From Candidatus Methylomirabilota bacterium (GTDB lineage: Bacteria > Methylomirabilota > Methylomirabilia > Rokubacteriales > DASRDR01): a stretch of 64,000 bases of DNA. Position 1 is the stretch's first letter. Every line of letters starts with the position of its first letter. Below, piece by piece: positions 27,183 to 36,791 of the stretch. The stretch lies in assembly GCA_035550795.1 (NCBI GenBank), contig DASZOL010000052.1:23266-87265 (forward strand). The letters are read 5' to 3'. The position numbers and the translations under genes are program-made. The notes under the pieces were generated by a model. The model made no database searches. It was not told where the DNA came from and worked only from the letters and a program-made list of their open reading frames with translations.

Positions 27183-27650
27183 TCAGTGTCCCTCTACGAT
27201 GTCGAACCGCACCGGAGCGACGCCACGCTCCAGCATGCCGAGTGCCCGGGCGGCCTCCCGGCTCAGGTCGAGCACGCGGCCGTCGATGTACGGGCCTCGG
27301 TCGTTCACTCGCACCAGGACGACTCGTCCGGTCTCAAGATTCATGACCCGGAGGCGGGTACCGAGCGGCAGGGTGCGATGAGCTGCCGTGAGCCGGGTCA
27401 TGTCGAAGATCTCGCCCGACGCCGTGGGCTGGCCGTGATGGTACGAACCGTACCAAGAGGCGAGCCCGACCTCGGATCGAGCCAGCCCAGTCGATCCATC
27501 CCAGCCCTGGCTGGCCGGCGTGGGAGCACGCATCGATGTCCTGCCTTCGACGCAGCCCGAGGTCGTCAGCAGAAGCGACGCGGCGCCCGCGAGCAGCGCT
27601 GCACCATGCCGAACCCGTCCTCGGGGCGACTCTGCCGGGTGGTACCCGCC
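27183..27650 (-). CDS. RlpA-like double-psi beta-barrel (DPBB) lipoprotein; 5' boundary approximate (no canonical start codon immediately upstream of the lipobox)
   Basis: ASWYGSYHHGQPTASGEIFDMTRLTAAHRTLPLGTRLRVMNLETGRVVLVRVNDRGPYIDGRVLDLSREAA is an RlpA/DPBB signature. Lipobox LLLTTSGC upstream. The ORF is open up to 28082. Confidence 0.55.
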   Translation of the reverse strand, partial: GGYHPAESPRGRVRHGAALLAGAASLLLTTSGCVEGRTSMRAPTPASQGWDGSTGLARSEVGLASWYGSYHHGQPTASGEIFDMTRLTAAHRTLPLGTRLRVMNLETGRVVLVRVNDRGPYIDGRVLDLSREAARALGMLERGVAPVRFDIVEGH

Positions 27651-28062
27651 CGTCCGGCTGGCTGTCAGCGCTCGCCGGCCCGCTTCCAGCGTCTGCCGCG
27701 GTGAGGACGCTGTCTCGCGCCTCTCTCCGTGTCGGCGGCGATCGTCATGCGTCACGCGCACCACGGCCCGTCGTCGGGATCGTCCGTGGAGGGGACCCCC
27801 GTTCCGATCAACAGGGCACGGGATACCCTTGTCCGCGGGGGCCAGCACCGCTCGGTTCGACTCCCGGATAGCAGCGATAGGCGGGGCGCCAGCCGGAGGG
27901 GGACGCCCCTTCCAGTGGCCAAGCGCGGCCGACGCCAGGCCGTCAGACGCGGGGCCATCAGAGGCGGGGCGTCGGTCGCCAGTGGCGGCACTTCGCAAGC
28001 AACGGACCGAAGAACGGGACCGCCCGGGAAGGTACGGCGCGAGCTCATGGCGAGGGGTGGTC

Positions 28063-28077
28063 GCAAGCCACGTGCCA
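28063..28077 (-). promoter_or_regulatory. Candidate sigma54 promoter on the minus strand (reverse complement reads TGGCAC-gtggc-TTGC)
   Basis: The plus strand reads GCAA gccac GTGCCA. This would drive leftward transcription toward the RlpA-like gene about 400 nt downstream. Confidence 0.3.
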
Positions 28078-28253
28078 CGCATCTACTTCCAGAGGCGAAA
28101 CCTCACGCGATCAGGGCTTCCGCTCCGGCCGGTCGGAAACGCAGGGCGAGCCCCGGCGACGAGGTGTCACGGAGGCGACAGGTTGACGCTCGAGCGGTCC
28201 GAGTCATCCTTGCCTCCATCCCACCTTCCCGATATCCTGAAAAGTGAGGATCC

Positions 28254-28985
28254 GTGACCGTCTCCAAACCGCCTCTCACGCGCATCGTCCCTCGGGAACT
28301 AGTTCGCGTCGCGACCTACAACATTCATCGAGGCCGGGGACTGGATGGCCGGATCAGCCTGCCACGCATCGCCGACGTCCTCCGCGAGCTCGATGCCGAC
28401 GTGGTCGGGGTCCAGGAGGTCTACAAGGCCCAGGCCGAGAATCTGGCGCGCGACCTCGGCATGCAGCTCGTTACCGGCGTCACGATGCACCGGCACGACG
28501 GTGCGTATGGTAATGCCATCCTCACGCATCTTCCGCTCCAGGGAGTCGTCACCTTCGACCTATCCGTCCGCACGCGCGAGGCTCGCGGAGGGATACGTGT
28601 GGACCTAGGCTTCCAGGAGCAGACGCTCCACATCTTCAACGTTCACCTGGGTCTCAGGGGGCACGAGCGCGCAGAGCAGGTGAAGTGGCTGGTCGAGCGT
28701 CACATCCTCTGGGACGACCGCAGCGGGCCGCGCATCGTGGTGGGTGACCTCAACGAGTGGTTCCCGGGCCAAGTGGGCCGGGCCCTGAAGCGAGAGTTCA
28801 CGAGCCTTCGGCGGCGCCGCACCCACCCTGCCCTGTTGCCGCTGTGGGCCCTGGACCGCATCTACTGGGACCGCGCGGTCCGGGCCGAGGGGTTGAGGGT
28901 CCATCGGACGCGCCTGGCGCGCGTCGCGTCCGATCACCTGCCGCTGGTCGCCACCCTTCGGATCATGCCGGGCCCATCAGGGTGA
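28254..28985 (+). CDS. Endonuclease/exonuclease/phosphatase (EEP) family protein
   Basis: VATYNIHRG...DVVGVQEV...GDLNEW...ASDHLPLVATL (EEP catalytic motifs). GTG start with an AGGA RBS. Confidence 0.75.
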   Translation: MTVSKPPLTRIVPRELVRVATYNIHRGRGLDGRISLPRIADVLRELDADVVGVQEVYKAQAENLARDLGMQLVTGVTMHRHDGAYGNAILTHLPLQGVVTFDLSVRTREARGGIRVDLGFQEQTLHIFNVHLGLRGHERAEQVKWLVERHILWDDRSGPRIVVGDLNEWFPGQVGRALKREFTSLRRRRTHPALLPLWALDRIYWDRAVRAEGLRVHRTRLARVASDHLPLVATLRIMPGPSG

Positions 28986-29084
28986 GCCGCTAGCTGCCCT
29001 TTCGGACTCTCCCGGCACGCGTCAAACTGCAGGGGGCACCGACGGCCCCGTCCAGCCCGGAGTGCGTGGCAGGATCCGGCCAGG

Positions 29085-30389
29085 TCAGAACCCGCGCGCG
29101 GCCACCTGGCGCACGACGTCATCGACCGCCAGCATCGTGCGCGGCCCCTGATCGACCAGCGCCTCGATGGAGGGGATCAGCCCCGCCAGGCGAGACGAGA
29201 TCATAGCGGCCTCCCCGGTCACGCCGTTCCCCGTGGGCGTGTCACCCCCGGGGCGTGGATGGCGACGCGTCGCGGCGTGACGGCGGCGCCGGAACTGCCA
29301 CAGTGCGAGCATTGCCCGGGCTCGAACGCGTGGGCTGGCCAGCGTCAGATTGACGACCGAGTGCGCCTGGCCGCCCCACCGGAGCTTCTCCTGGTCGTGG
29401 CCAAGCCCGAGGTCCAGCTCGCTGAACCCTTCGATGATGGCCCGCTCCACACAGCGGCGGAACAGAAACATCATGACTGCGTGCCAGGCCCACGCCGGGT
29501 CGTAGCCCGAGTAGGAGGCGTGGAACCGCCGCTCGAGACCGAAGCAGAGCTGAGTCGCTACCGGCTGGCCACCGATCTTGAGCTGGCCGAACCACAGGCA
29601 TCCACGCTCGGCCAGCCGGCCCACTACGGCTCGGAGGAACGCACGACTCCGCGGGGAGCGGAATCGGTCGGAGTGGCCTTCCCCCAGGTCCATGGCAGCC
29701 CGCCGTCGGTGAAGGTCGAACAACACATCGAGGGCTCCGTCGACGGCGCTGGCTTCACGGACGAACAGCACCTCGGGCTCCCGGCTGTCCCGCTCGAGCC
29801 GGTTCGCGAACTTCCGCAGGTGCTTCTTCATGTTACGTCCGAGAGCCGCCTGGAACGCTTCCCAGCTAGCCGGCAGCGGCACCCTGATCCGCGTGGTCTC
29901 CTCGGCGACCATCGCATAGCCTGCCCGCCTCGCCCGCTCGGAGAGCCGCCGCACGAGCGGACTCTCGACGGGTGCCCACGGCAGCGTCCACAGATCCCAG
30001 TGCCGACGCTCGCGGTCCCAGCGCTCGAAGACCGCGTCGACGACGGCGCTCGCGAGGTCGGGGCGGAGCAGGGCATCCACGTACTCAGTCAGCTCCTTGC
30101 CGCGACCGAGGAAGTGAAGCAGCCGGGGCCCCACGGGCGTCAGAGACGTGGTCGAGAGCGGGACGACGCCCACGAGCCGACCGTCCTCGTCACGAGCCGC
30201 AAGTACCTGAAGCTCCTTGCCCGTGCCGAAGTGCTCGTACCAGCTGACCACCCAGGCCCAGGTCTGGTAGATGGTCGCGGTATCGACCTCACGCTCGAGT
30301 CGCTCCCATTCCGGGCGCAACTCATGGAGGGCCGCCAGAGACGTCGCCAGTTCGAAACGGAGGGGCGGGGACGCCGGGCTGGTTCTCAT
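29085..30389 (-). CDS. GNAT-fold acyltransferase of the CelD/BioF2-like (FemAB-like) family
   Basis: About 435 aa. Pattern LHELRPEWERLE...YQTWAWVVSWYEHFG...FLGRGKELTEYVD...FLFRRCVERAIIEGFSELDLG typical of the cellulose-biosynthesis CelD-like acetyltransferase domain. ATG 30389. Confidence 0.65.
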   Translation of the reverse strand: MRTSPASPPLRFELATSLAALHELRPEWERLEREVDTATIYQTWAWVVSWYEHFGTGKELQVLAARDEDGRLVGVVPLSTTSLTPVGPRLLHFLGRGKELTEYVDALLRPDLASAVVDAVFERWDRERRHWDLWTLPWAPVESPLVRRLSERARRAGYAMVAEETTRIRVPLPASWEAFQAALGRNMKKHLRKFANRLERDSREPEVLFVREASAVDGALDVLFDLHRRRAAMDLGEGHSDRFRSPRSRAFLRAVVGRLAERGCLWFGQLKIGGQPVATQLCFGLERRFHASYSGYDPAWAWHAVMMFLFRRCVERAIIEGFSELDLGLGHDQEKLRWGGQAHSVVNLTLASPRVRARAMLALWQFRRRRHAATRRHPRPGGDTPTGNGVTGEAAMISSRLAGLIPSIEALVDQGPRTMLAVDDVVRQVAARGF

Positions 30390-30955
30390 GCTAGTCGTCG
30401 TGGCATTGCCACTGCTCCCTAGCCGACTCGATCGCCAACCGCCGTCGCGAGGGGGCCGGGAGAGCGCCCCGCCGATCCGACCCGCGCCCGCGAGATCCTG
30501 GGGGGAGCCGGAGTCACCTGCCGCCGTTCTCAGTTCGGTCGCCAGCTGCTTCATGACGGATCCTTGTCGGGTCAATTGCCAGTTTCGCACATCGGCCACG
30601 AGACCGTCGAGCTATTCCACCCGGAGTCACAGCAAATGAGATACCAGACGTCCAAAACCTCGACATTCCTAGTATTTACTACCGAATCGCGGCATCAGAC
30701 GAGGAAATCCCCACCGAGAGCGGTTACAGAACACGCGAGATTATTACCATGGTGTCTGGATTTTTTCCCATCTAGGGGTTCCTCCTCGAGCCTGGTCGTG
30801 ATCGTTCGCGCCGGGGCGTTTGCCCAGTGGCGGTTCCCGTCGCGACGCCTGTCTGAGCGACGGCATGTCGGCCCGGCGACAGAGTGGCGCCTCACCCGGC
30901 TCGTTGGACCGTTGCGGAACTGCGCAAAAGGTTGCCTCAGGGCAGCCGCACCGCG

Positions 30956-30971
30956 TGGCACTCCGCTTGCT
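30956..30971 (+). promoter_or_regulatory. Candidate sigma54 promoter (TGGCAC-N5-TTGCT), 27 nt upstream of the lipid kinase gene
   Basis: tggcac tccgc ttgc t; exact -24/-12 consensus. RBS GAGAGGAA follows before ATG 30998. Confidence 0.45.
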
Positions 30972-30997
30972 CCACGCCCGCCGAGAGGAACCACACG

Positions 30998-31990
30998 ATG
31001 GAGATGCTCAATCAGACTCCGCCCGGCCAGACTCCGCCAGGCTCGCACGTGCGACCGACACGGTCTCGGCCTATCCAGATCGTCGTCACGCCGGGGTCCG
31101 GGGATGGCCGTGCCATGGCCACGGCTCTCGAGCTGCGGAATGCCCTCGCCGCGCACCGTTACCTTTCCAGCCTCGAGGTCTTCCCCACTCTGGGGGCGCT
31201 CCGCAAGTGGACGGAGACCCCGTCCAAAGACTTCTCGGTCCTCCTGTGCGTTGGCGGCGATGGCACGCAGAGCACAACCGCCCTGGCCGCCCTCCGCCGG
31301 TCGGTACCGTTCTTGCCAGTGTCGTCTGGGTTCGGCAATCTATTCGCGCAAGCATTCGGCCACCACGGCCGGGTCGAAGAGGTGCTGAGCCTCCTCAAGC
31401 ACGGCCGGATCGTCCATTCTGACGTGGGAACGTGCAACGACGAGCTGTTCCTGTGCCAGCAAAGCTACGGCCTGATCCCTGAAGTGCAGGACGCCGTCGA
31501 GGCCGCTGCCGACAGGCCCCGTGCCCGGTGGCAACGCTGGCTCGCGTACTACGGGGCGGCGGTCCGGCATCTGCGGGACGCGCCGCCCAGGCGGCTGCGG
31601 GTGCTCGTGGACGGCCGCGTGGTGGCGGTCGACGCGGCACTCGTCATCGTGGCCAACGTCAAGACGTACGGGGCCTGGCTCCCGCTCGCCCCGAACGCCT
31701 CGCCGGTCGACGGCCTGCTCGACGTCTTCGTCATGAGCGCGGCCACGCACCGGGAGGTGATCGCAAAGCTGCTCCGGCGACACCTGCGCATTCCCGGGTC
31801 CGATGCGGGAACCCTCCTGTGCCGCGGCCAGCGGGTGTCAGTGTCCGGCCTGAAATGGGGGCGCGACCAGATCGAGGTGCTGCGGCATCGGCTGCCGGTC
31901 GTCGTGTCACCGGCTACGGCCGCCGCTCTCGAACGGGACCGGACCTGGAATGAGCACCAGGTCCCGCTCGTCTCGGGCCTGATGGCGTGA
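30998..31990 (+). CDS. Diacylglycerol kinase catalytic-domain family lipid kinase (YegS/LCB5-like)
   Basis: IQIVVTPGSGDGRA...VLLCVGGDGTQSTTALAA (DAGK_cat GGDG motif). Confidence 0.75.
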   Translation: MEMLNQTPPGQTPPGSHVRPTRSRPIQIVVTPGSGDGRAMATALELRNALAAHRYLSSLEVFPTLGALRKWTETPSKDFSVLLCVGGDGTQSTTALAALRRSVPFLPVSSGFGNLFAQAFGHHGRVEEVLSLLKHGRIVHSDVGTCNDELFLCQQSYGLIPEVQDAVEAAADRPRARWQRWLAYYGAAVRHLRDAPPRRLRVLVDGRVVAVDAALVIVANVKTYGAWLPLAPNASPVDGLLDVFVMSAATHREVIAKLLRRHLRIPGSDAGTLLCRGQRVSVSGLKWGRDQIEVLRHRLPVVVSPATAAALERDRTWNEHQVPLVSGLMA

Positions 31991-31996
31991 GTCCGC

Positions 31997-32998
31997 TCAG
32001 TCGGCGCGGGCCGACACGGGCACGGCCGGTTTCCCCCCGGCGGCCCCGCTGGCTCCCATCGCGCCCAGGATCGCCAGCCCGAGACCGATCCACACGGCCT
32101 GACGACCGCGGCGCACCAGACTGAAGGCTAATCCATCGCTCGCAGCCCATCCGAGGGCCGCGAACGCCGCCGCGATGGCCCCCTCGAGGGTACCCAGGCT
32201 GGCCGGAACGAAGAACGTGGCGAAGCGCACACCGGTCCCCAGCCCCTCGATGATCGTGGCCGTCACGACCGAGCCCGGCACGTGCAGGCTGTGCAGAACG
32301 AGCAGAACCTCGACAATCCCCACGAGCCAGCCGGCAAAGTGGAATCCGATCGCGACAAGGAGCGCTCGCCAGTGCACGCGGTAGAATGCACGGACGGCCC
32401 CATCGACCCGCCGGGCGCCGCGCCCGGCGCCTACCCACGCCAGGAGGCGGCCGACCCGCCCGACCCCTCCCGCCACCTGCGCCACGATGAATCCGCTCAC
32501 GCCGACCACCTCGACCAGGAGCAGGTAGCACATCGGGCCGAGGAGGTTCGCGCCGACGGCGCCCGTCGCCCACCCGACGAGGATCCCAGTGGCGAGGAGC
32601 AGCGTCTGCCCCACTACCTCGGCGGTCTTCGCGAGGATGAGCGACGGCACGCTGGCCTCGTAGGGGAGGTCTCGACGCAGCAGCCACGCCTTGATCGCCT
32701 CGCCGCCGAGGCCGCCCAGCGCGGTGGCCACGTTGACGGCCTGGCCCGCGCAGCGGGCCGCCAGGAGCTTGAAGAAGGGCGGCTGGTCAACAACGAAGGT
32801 GAATCGCCATCCCAGCGTATCGAGGACCAGGCTGGCGGCGTAGACGAGGCAGATCAGGACGAACTGCCACCACGTGATTCGCGTGAGGGCGGAGGCAACG
32901 GAGTCCAGGCCGAAGTGGCGAATCAGCAAGACGAGCGCGAGGACTCCGGCGGCGAGAGGGAGGATGCGGAGGATTCGCACTTCCACCTCGTGGAGCAA
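31997..32998 (-). CDS. Lysylphosphatidylglycerol-synthase-type transmembrane (flippase-like, UPF0104) domain protein
   Basis: About 8 TM helices. Pattern RWRFTFVV...LAARCAGQAVNVATALGGLGGEAIKAWLL typical of the MprF N-terminal/UPF0104 family. Confidence 0.6.
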   Translation of the reverse strand: MLHEVEVRILRILPLAAGVLALVLLIRHFGLDSVASALTRITWWQFVLICLVYAASLVLDTLGWRFTFVVDQPPFFKLLAARCAGQAVNVATALGGLGGEAIKAWLLRRDLPYEASVPSLILAKTAEVVGQTLLLATGILVGWATGAVGANLLGPMCYLLLVEVVGVSGFIVAQVAGGVGRVGRLLAWVGAGRGARRVDGAVRAFYRVHWRALLVAIGFHFAGWLVGIVEVLLVLHSLHVPGSVVTATIIEGLGTGVRFATFFVPASLGTLEGAIAAAFAALGWAASDGLAFSLVRRGRQAVWIGLGLAILGAMGASGAAGGKPAVPVSARAD

Positions 32999-33089
32999 GA
33001 ACCATGCCTCATTCGGGGCCGGCTATCGAGCGCGCTTTCCCGGCTGTTGTCCCGAGCCTTCACCATGCTAGTGTGGATCGGTCATTCTC

Positions 33090-33851
33090 ATGGCACTGGA
33101 GTCGCCGCCCAGGATAGATGCGGGTCGAGTGGTGCTCCCGGGCGGACTCCTGTGCGTGCTCGCCTTCCTGATCCTGACCGCCGCCGTCGCCCACAACCGC
33201 CTGGACCACGTGGACCTGGCGGCCCGATCCCTGGTTCAGCAGTCGCATCGCCCCTCCCTCCTGGGCTTGATGGCGGGTGCCTCCTATCTTGGCGGGCAGC
33301 CGGGTCAAGTCGTGGCCGTCGTGGTGGGTGTCGCGATGCTCTGGCCCAGGCGGCGTCGATGGGCGCTGGCGCTGCCCCTCGTGATGGCGGGCGCGGGAGT
33401 CGTCCAGTACCTGGCGAAGTGGTCGGTCGACCGGCCCCGCCCGAACCTCGAGTCGTGGGGCTTCCCCAGCGCCCACGTGCTCAGTCTCGTCGTGCTGTGT
33501 GGGTACCTCGCCTACGCGGTCAGCATCGGACGGTCCCGGCGGCGACGGCGGCGCCTGGCGATGGCCGCGTGCGTGCTGATCATCAGCACCGTGGCGTACA
33601 GCCGCCTGTATCTCGACGCCCACTGGCTCTCCGACGTCCTCGGCGGTGTCACGGCCGGCATGGCCTATCTCCTGGGCGCGATCTGGCTCGTCGAATCGGC
33701 TCCGCGCCTCGGTCGCGCCCTGAGAGGAGCGCCTCTCGCGAGCGGCACCGATGGCGGTCCGTTGATCCCGGCTCCCGCTGGGTTGCCCGCGGCCTCGCTG
33801 GTCGCCGCCGCGACGACTCCTGCAGCGCCCGCCGACGGGGCGCCCGTCTAG
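33090..33851 (+). CDS. PAP2 family phosphatase (membrane)
   Basis: KWSVDRPRP...GFPSAHV...SRLYLDAHWLSDVLGG are the three PAP2 motifs. Confidence 0.75.
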   Translation: MALESPPRIDAGRVVLPGGLLCVLAFLILTAAVAHNRLDHVDLAARSLVQQSHRPSLLGLMAGASYLGGQPGQVVAVVVGVAMLWPRRRRWALALPLVMAGAGVVQYLAKWSVDRPRPNLESWGFPSAHVLSLVVLCGYLAYAVSIGRSRRRRRRLAMAACVLIISTVAYSRLYLDAHWLSDVLGGVTAGMAYLLGAIWLVESAPRLGRALRGAPLASGTDGGPLIPAPAGLPAASLVAAATTPAAPADGAPV

Positions 33852-33913
33852 GCTTCCCCCCCGGGGAACTGCGCCAGCTCCGCCTGGAGCCGGCGCCCCG
33901 CCCTGCTTCGCCC

Positions 33914-34900
33914 TTGAGGCTTGCGCGCGTCATCCCGACGCTGTGTCTCCTGAGTCTCTGGGCCCTCCCGGCCCAGGCTCAGGAGGAGTTCATGAACCTG
34001 TTCTCTCCCGAGCTCGGCGGCGCTCCGATCCGCTCCGACTACCGAGTCACGTTCTTCCCGGACCAGCCGGTGGCAGGCCAGCAGGCCGAGCTCGGCCTGG
34101 TCCAGCAGGATTTTTCTCTCCGAGGACCTCTCCGGCAAAGCGTCACCGACGAGTTGTCAGCCTCCGTCCGAGTCCGGAATCAGGAGTTCGCCACCGGAGC
34201 CGAGCTTCCGGATACCGGAGAGCCGTTCCCGGACGAGCTGTGGAACGTCCGGATCGGCGCGAGCTATCGACACCGTTTCGACTCGGGCTGGATCGGGGCC
34301 CTCGACGTCAACGTCGGATCGCCCAGTGACCGACCCTTCGCGAGCGTGCACGAGCTGGACGTGAGCGCGACGGCCATCCTGCGCGTCCCCGCGCGCGATC
34401 GCGACGCGTGGGTCTTCTTCCTGAACTACGGAAGCAACCGCGAGTTCCTGCCGCACGTCCCGATCCCGGGCTTCGGATACTCGTACCAGCCATCCGATCA
34501 GCTGACGGCCGTGGTCACCACGGGCTTGGTATCGCTGGAATACCGCCCGGTGGAGGCGCTGACGCTCACGGCGTCGTACGTGGCCGTCCGGACCGTGGAC
34601 GTCCGGCTCACCTACCAGGTCGCCCGTCCGGTTCGTGTCTGGATCGGTTTTGACTGGACGAACGAGCGCTATCTCCGTGCGAATCGGGCCGATCCCGATG
34701 ACCGCCTTTTCTACTACGAGAAGCGCGTCCGGGCCGGTGCCATCATCGGCCTCGCCCGGCAGCTCTTCGTCGACGTCGCCGTGGGCTACAGCTTCGACCG
34801 CTTCTACTTCGAAGGCGAAGGGTACAGCGATCGCAACCGGAACCGTATCGACGTCGGCGACGGTCCATTCACCCAGGTACGGCTGGGGACGAGGTTCTGA
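33914..34900 (+). CDS. Outer-membrane beta-barrel protein (hypothetical), TTG start
   Basis: Signal peptide LCLLSLWALPAQA. Alternating amphipathic beta-strands. C-terminal ...VRLGTRF ending in Phe, typical of OMPs. Confidence 0.6.
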   Translation: MRLARVIPTLCLLSLWALPAQAQEEFMNLFSPELGGAPIRSDYRVTFFPDQPVAGQQAELGLVQQDFSLRGPLRQSVTDELSASVRVRNQEFATGAELPDTGEPFPDELWNVRIGASYRHRFDSGWIGALDVNVGSPSDRPFASVHELDVSATAILRVPARDRDAWVFFLNYGSNREFLPHVPIPGFGYSYQPSDQLTAVVTTGLVSLEYRPVEALTLTASYVAVRTVDVRLTYQVARPVRVWIGFDWTNERYLRANRADPDDRLFYYEKRVRAGAIIGLARQLFVDVAVGYSFDRFYFEGEGYSDRNRNRIDVGDGPFTQVRLGTRF

Positions 34901-35063
34901 CTAGCATGGAGGCCTTCGCGCGCCGCCGCCCGTCGTGGCACCCGTAACGCCCCCCGCACGACCGGTCGACCGGACCGCGGAGCGTCTGCAGGCTGACGAT
35001 CGCCGCGGCATGCGGGTTGCAGCGGCTAGTGGTGATCCCAGATCGGATCGTGGAGCCGTCGAA

Positions 35064-35378
35064 ATGCCAACACACTGCCGAGCCCTGCTCGTGGCGCTCG
35101 CCCTCGGGATGCTCCCCGCACCCGGTGAGGCGCAGGCACCGAGCCGGCCGCCGATGCACCTCGCCGGACCGACGGTCGAGGGGCAGGAGGTCGAGGGGAC
35201 GATCACGCGGATCGACCCGGAGTCGGGCACGATCACGCTGGACAACGGAGTGGACTACGTGATCCCCGGCGCGGTGCTGGCGGATCCTCGGGTGCTGGGC
35301 GAAGGGACCGTCGTCCGACTTCGTTATGCCGTGGATGGCGGACAGAATCTCGTCACGTTCGTCCAGGCTCGTCTCTGA
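35064..35378 (+). CDS. Hypothetical small secreted protein
   Basis: Signal peptide MPTHCRALLVALALGMLPAPGEAQA. RBS GGAG. Confidence 0.5.
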   Translation: MPTHCRALLVALALGMLPAPGEAQAPSRPPMHLAGPTVEGQEVEGTITRIDPESGTITLDNGVDYVIPGAVLADPRVLGEGTVVRLRYAVDGGQNLVTFVQARL

Positions 35379-35396
35379 CCGCTCGGGTCTCGCGAC

Positions 35397-36572
35397 TCAT
35401 CGAGCCGGAGGCTCGGCGGCCCCGGGCCGGATCGCCGGCTCCCCATCGAGCCAGATGGCCAGCGCATCGCCGATTCGCCGGTGGCCCTCGCGGTTCCAGT
35501 GCGAGTCGTGCGCGAACGTGAACCGCGCGGTGTCGGCCGCGGAGATCACCCGCGCAGTGTCGAAGCATGACGCTTGACGGGCCGCGCACGCGGCATGGAG
35601 GCCCGCGAGCGCGGGGTCGGTGGGCCGTGTCTCGCCGCTGTGGGCGACGAGCAGGATCCGGAGCGGGACGCTTCGCCCGCGCGCCTCGCGCTCCATGGCT
35701 TCCATCAGGAAGTGGTGATACCGGAGACGGAAGCCGGCGCTGGCGGCCAGGGCGCGTTGCAGCTCGCCTGATGACAGGCGATCGATCGGACGGGCGGGGT
35801 CCCGGACGAGCCACTCCGGCTCCGGTGGCCGGGCTCGCCGGACGGCTACGGCCGCCGACAGCTTCGCCAGGCGAAAGCGCAGCCAGTGGTAGACGAGGGA
35901 GTGATCCTGCAGCCAGGCCTCTCCCGGCCATGGCTGACGCGGCAGGGCCGATCGCCCCGAGCCGATGTAGCGCATGCGCCCGGCCGCGTCGATGATCCGC
36001 CACATGGGCTCGATGCGGACGGGCAGTCGGTTCTCGTCGAGCGTGAGCCGGTTGAAGCCAATCTCCTGGATGTCGTTCTCGCTCGCGGCGAGCAGGATGA
36101 GATCCGGCCCGAGGGCCAGACCCTGGGTCCGCAGGTAGAGGTACTGCTGGTCGGTGCTCCAGCCCGGCACCGCGGCCGATAGCACCTCGACGGGACCCGC
36201 GCGCTCGCTCAGGCGTCGTTCGAGACGCGCCCCGAAGGTCTCGTCCTGCTCGACGCCCCAGCCGAACGCAAACGAGTCTCCCAGGAGAAGGATCCTCGCG
36301 GTGCCGGGCGGCTTGAGCCTCTCACGCTCCGGCCCGCGCCCGCCGAGCGCATTGATCGCGACCGAGACGGAAAAGTCCCGGTCGGCGTGCCGGACCCGGA
36401 CGCCCGGGCGCAGGGTGAAGCCCAGACGGCCGTCGGGGCGGTAGGGATTGAAGGCGAAGCGCTCGTCCCGCGTCGTCGCGCGGCTCCACGCCGGCAGGAG
36501 CCGCAGCGCGGCCTCGACAAGCCCGAGCGTGGCCACGCACGAGACGACGACGAGGGCCAGGCGGCCCCGCAT
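35397..36572 (-). CDS. SGNH/GDSL-type hydrolase family protein, membrane anchored
   Basis: N-terminal TM anchor. ILLLGDSFAFGWGV (GDSL block I) and ...FAHDSHWNREGH (block V DxxH). Confidence 0.6.
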   Translation of the reverse strand: MRGRLALVVVSCVATLGLVEAALRLLPAWSRATTRDERFAFNPYRPDGRLGFTLRPGVRVRHADRDFSVSVAINALGGRGPERERLKPPGTARILLLGDSFAFGWGVEQDETFGARLERRLSERAGPVEVLSAAVPGWSTDQQYLYLRTQGLALGPDLILLAASENDIQEIGFNRLTLDENRLPVRIEPMWRIIDAAGRMRYIGSGRSALPRQPWPGEAWLQDHSLVYHWLRFRLAKLSAAVAVRRARPPEPEWLVRDPARPIDRLSSGELQRALAASAGFRLRYHHFLMEAMEREARGRSVPLRILLVAHSGETRPTDPALAGLHAACAARQASCFDTARVISAADTARFTFAHDSHWNREGHRRIGDALAIWLDGEPAIRPGAAEPPAR

Positions 36573-36791
36573 GCTCTCCAGTGGGGCGCGCCGCCGACTC
36601 GCGGTCCGGGTCACGGCCGATCGGGCCTGCGCCGGGCCGGTCACTCCGACCGCGCGGGCCGGAACGTGGTCATCGGCGGCAGCACCATGCTTCGGTTCCC
36701 AGCGCGGTCGCCGGCGGGAAACCAGTCACGGCGTGGCCGCGCCCGGAGGCCAACCGGTCCGGCTCCCGATGGCCCGGGGTCCGGCCCGTCC

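Noticed and set aside
27520-28257. 245-aa and 172-aa plus-strand ORFs in the gap between the RlpA-like gene and the EEP nuclease gene
   Set aside because: R/S/G-rich composition with no RBS. The region is more plausibly the long 5' region (and N-terminal extension frame) of the minus-strand RlpA-like lipoprotein plus divergent promoters.
33033-33089. Sigma70-like -35/-10 (TTCACC ... TCATTC) upstream of the PAP2 gene
   Set aside because: The -10 hexamer lacks the conserved A2 and T6 positions, so the match is not better than chance.
32282-34900. 872-aa plus-strand ORF spanning 2.6 kb
   Set aside because: Only its last third (from TTG 33914) is a real gene, the outer-membrane barrel. The first 1.6 kb is off-frame read-through across the minus-strand flippase gene and the PAP2 gene region, with junk composition.
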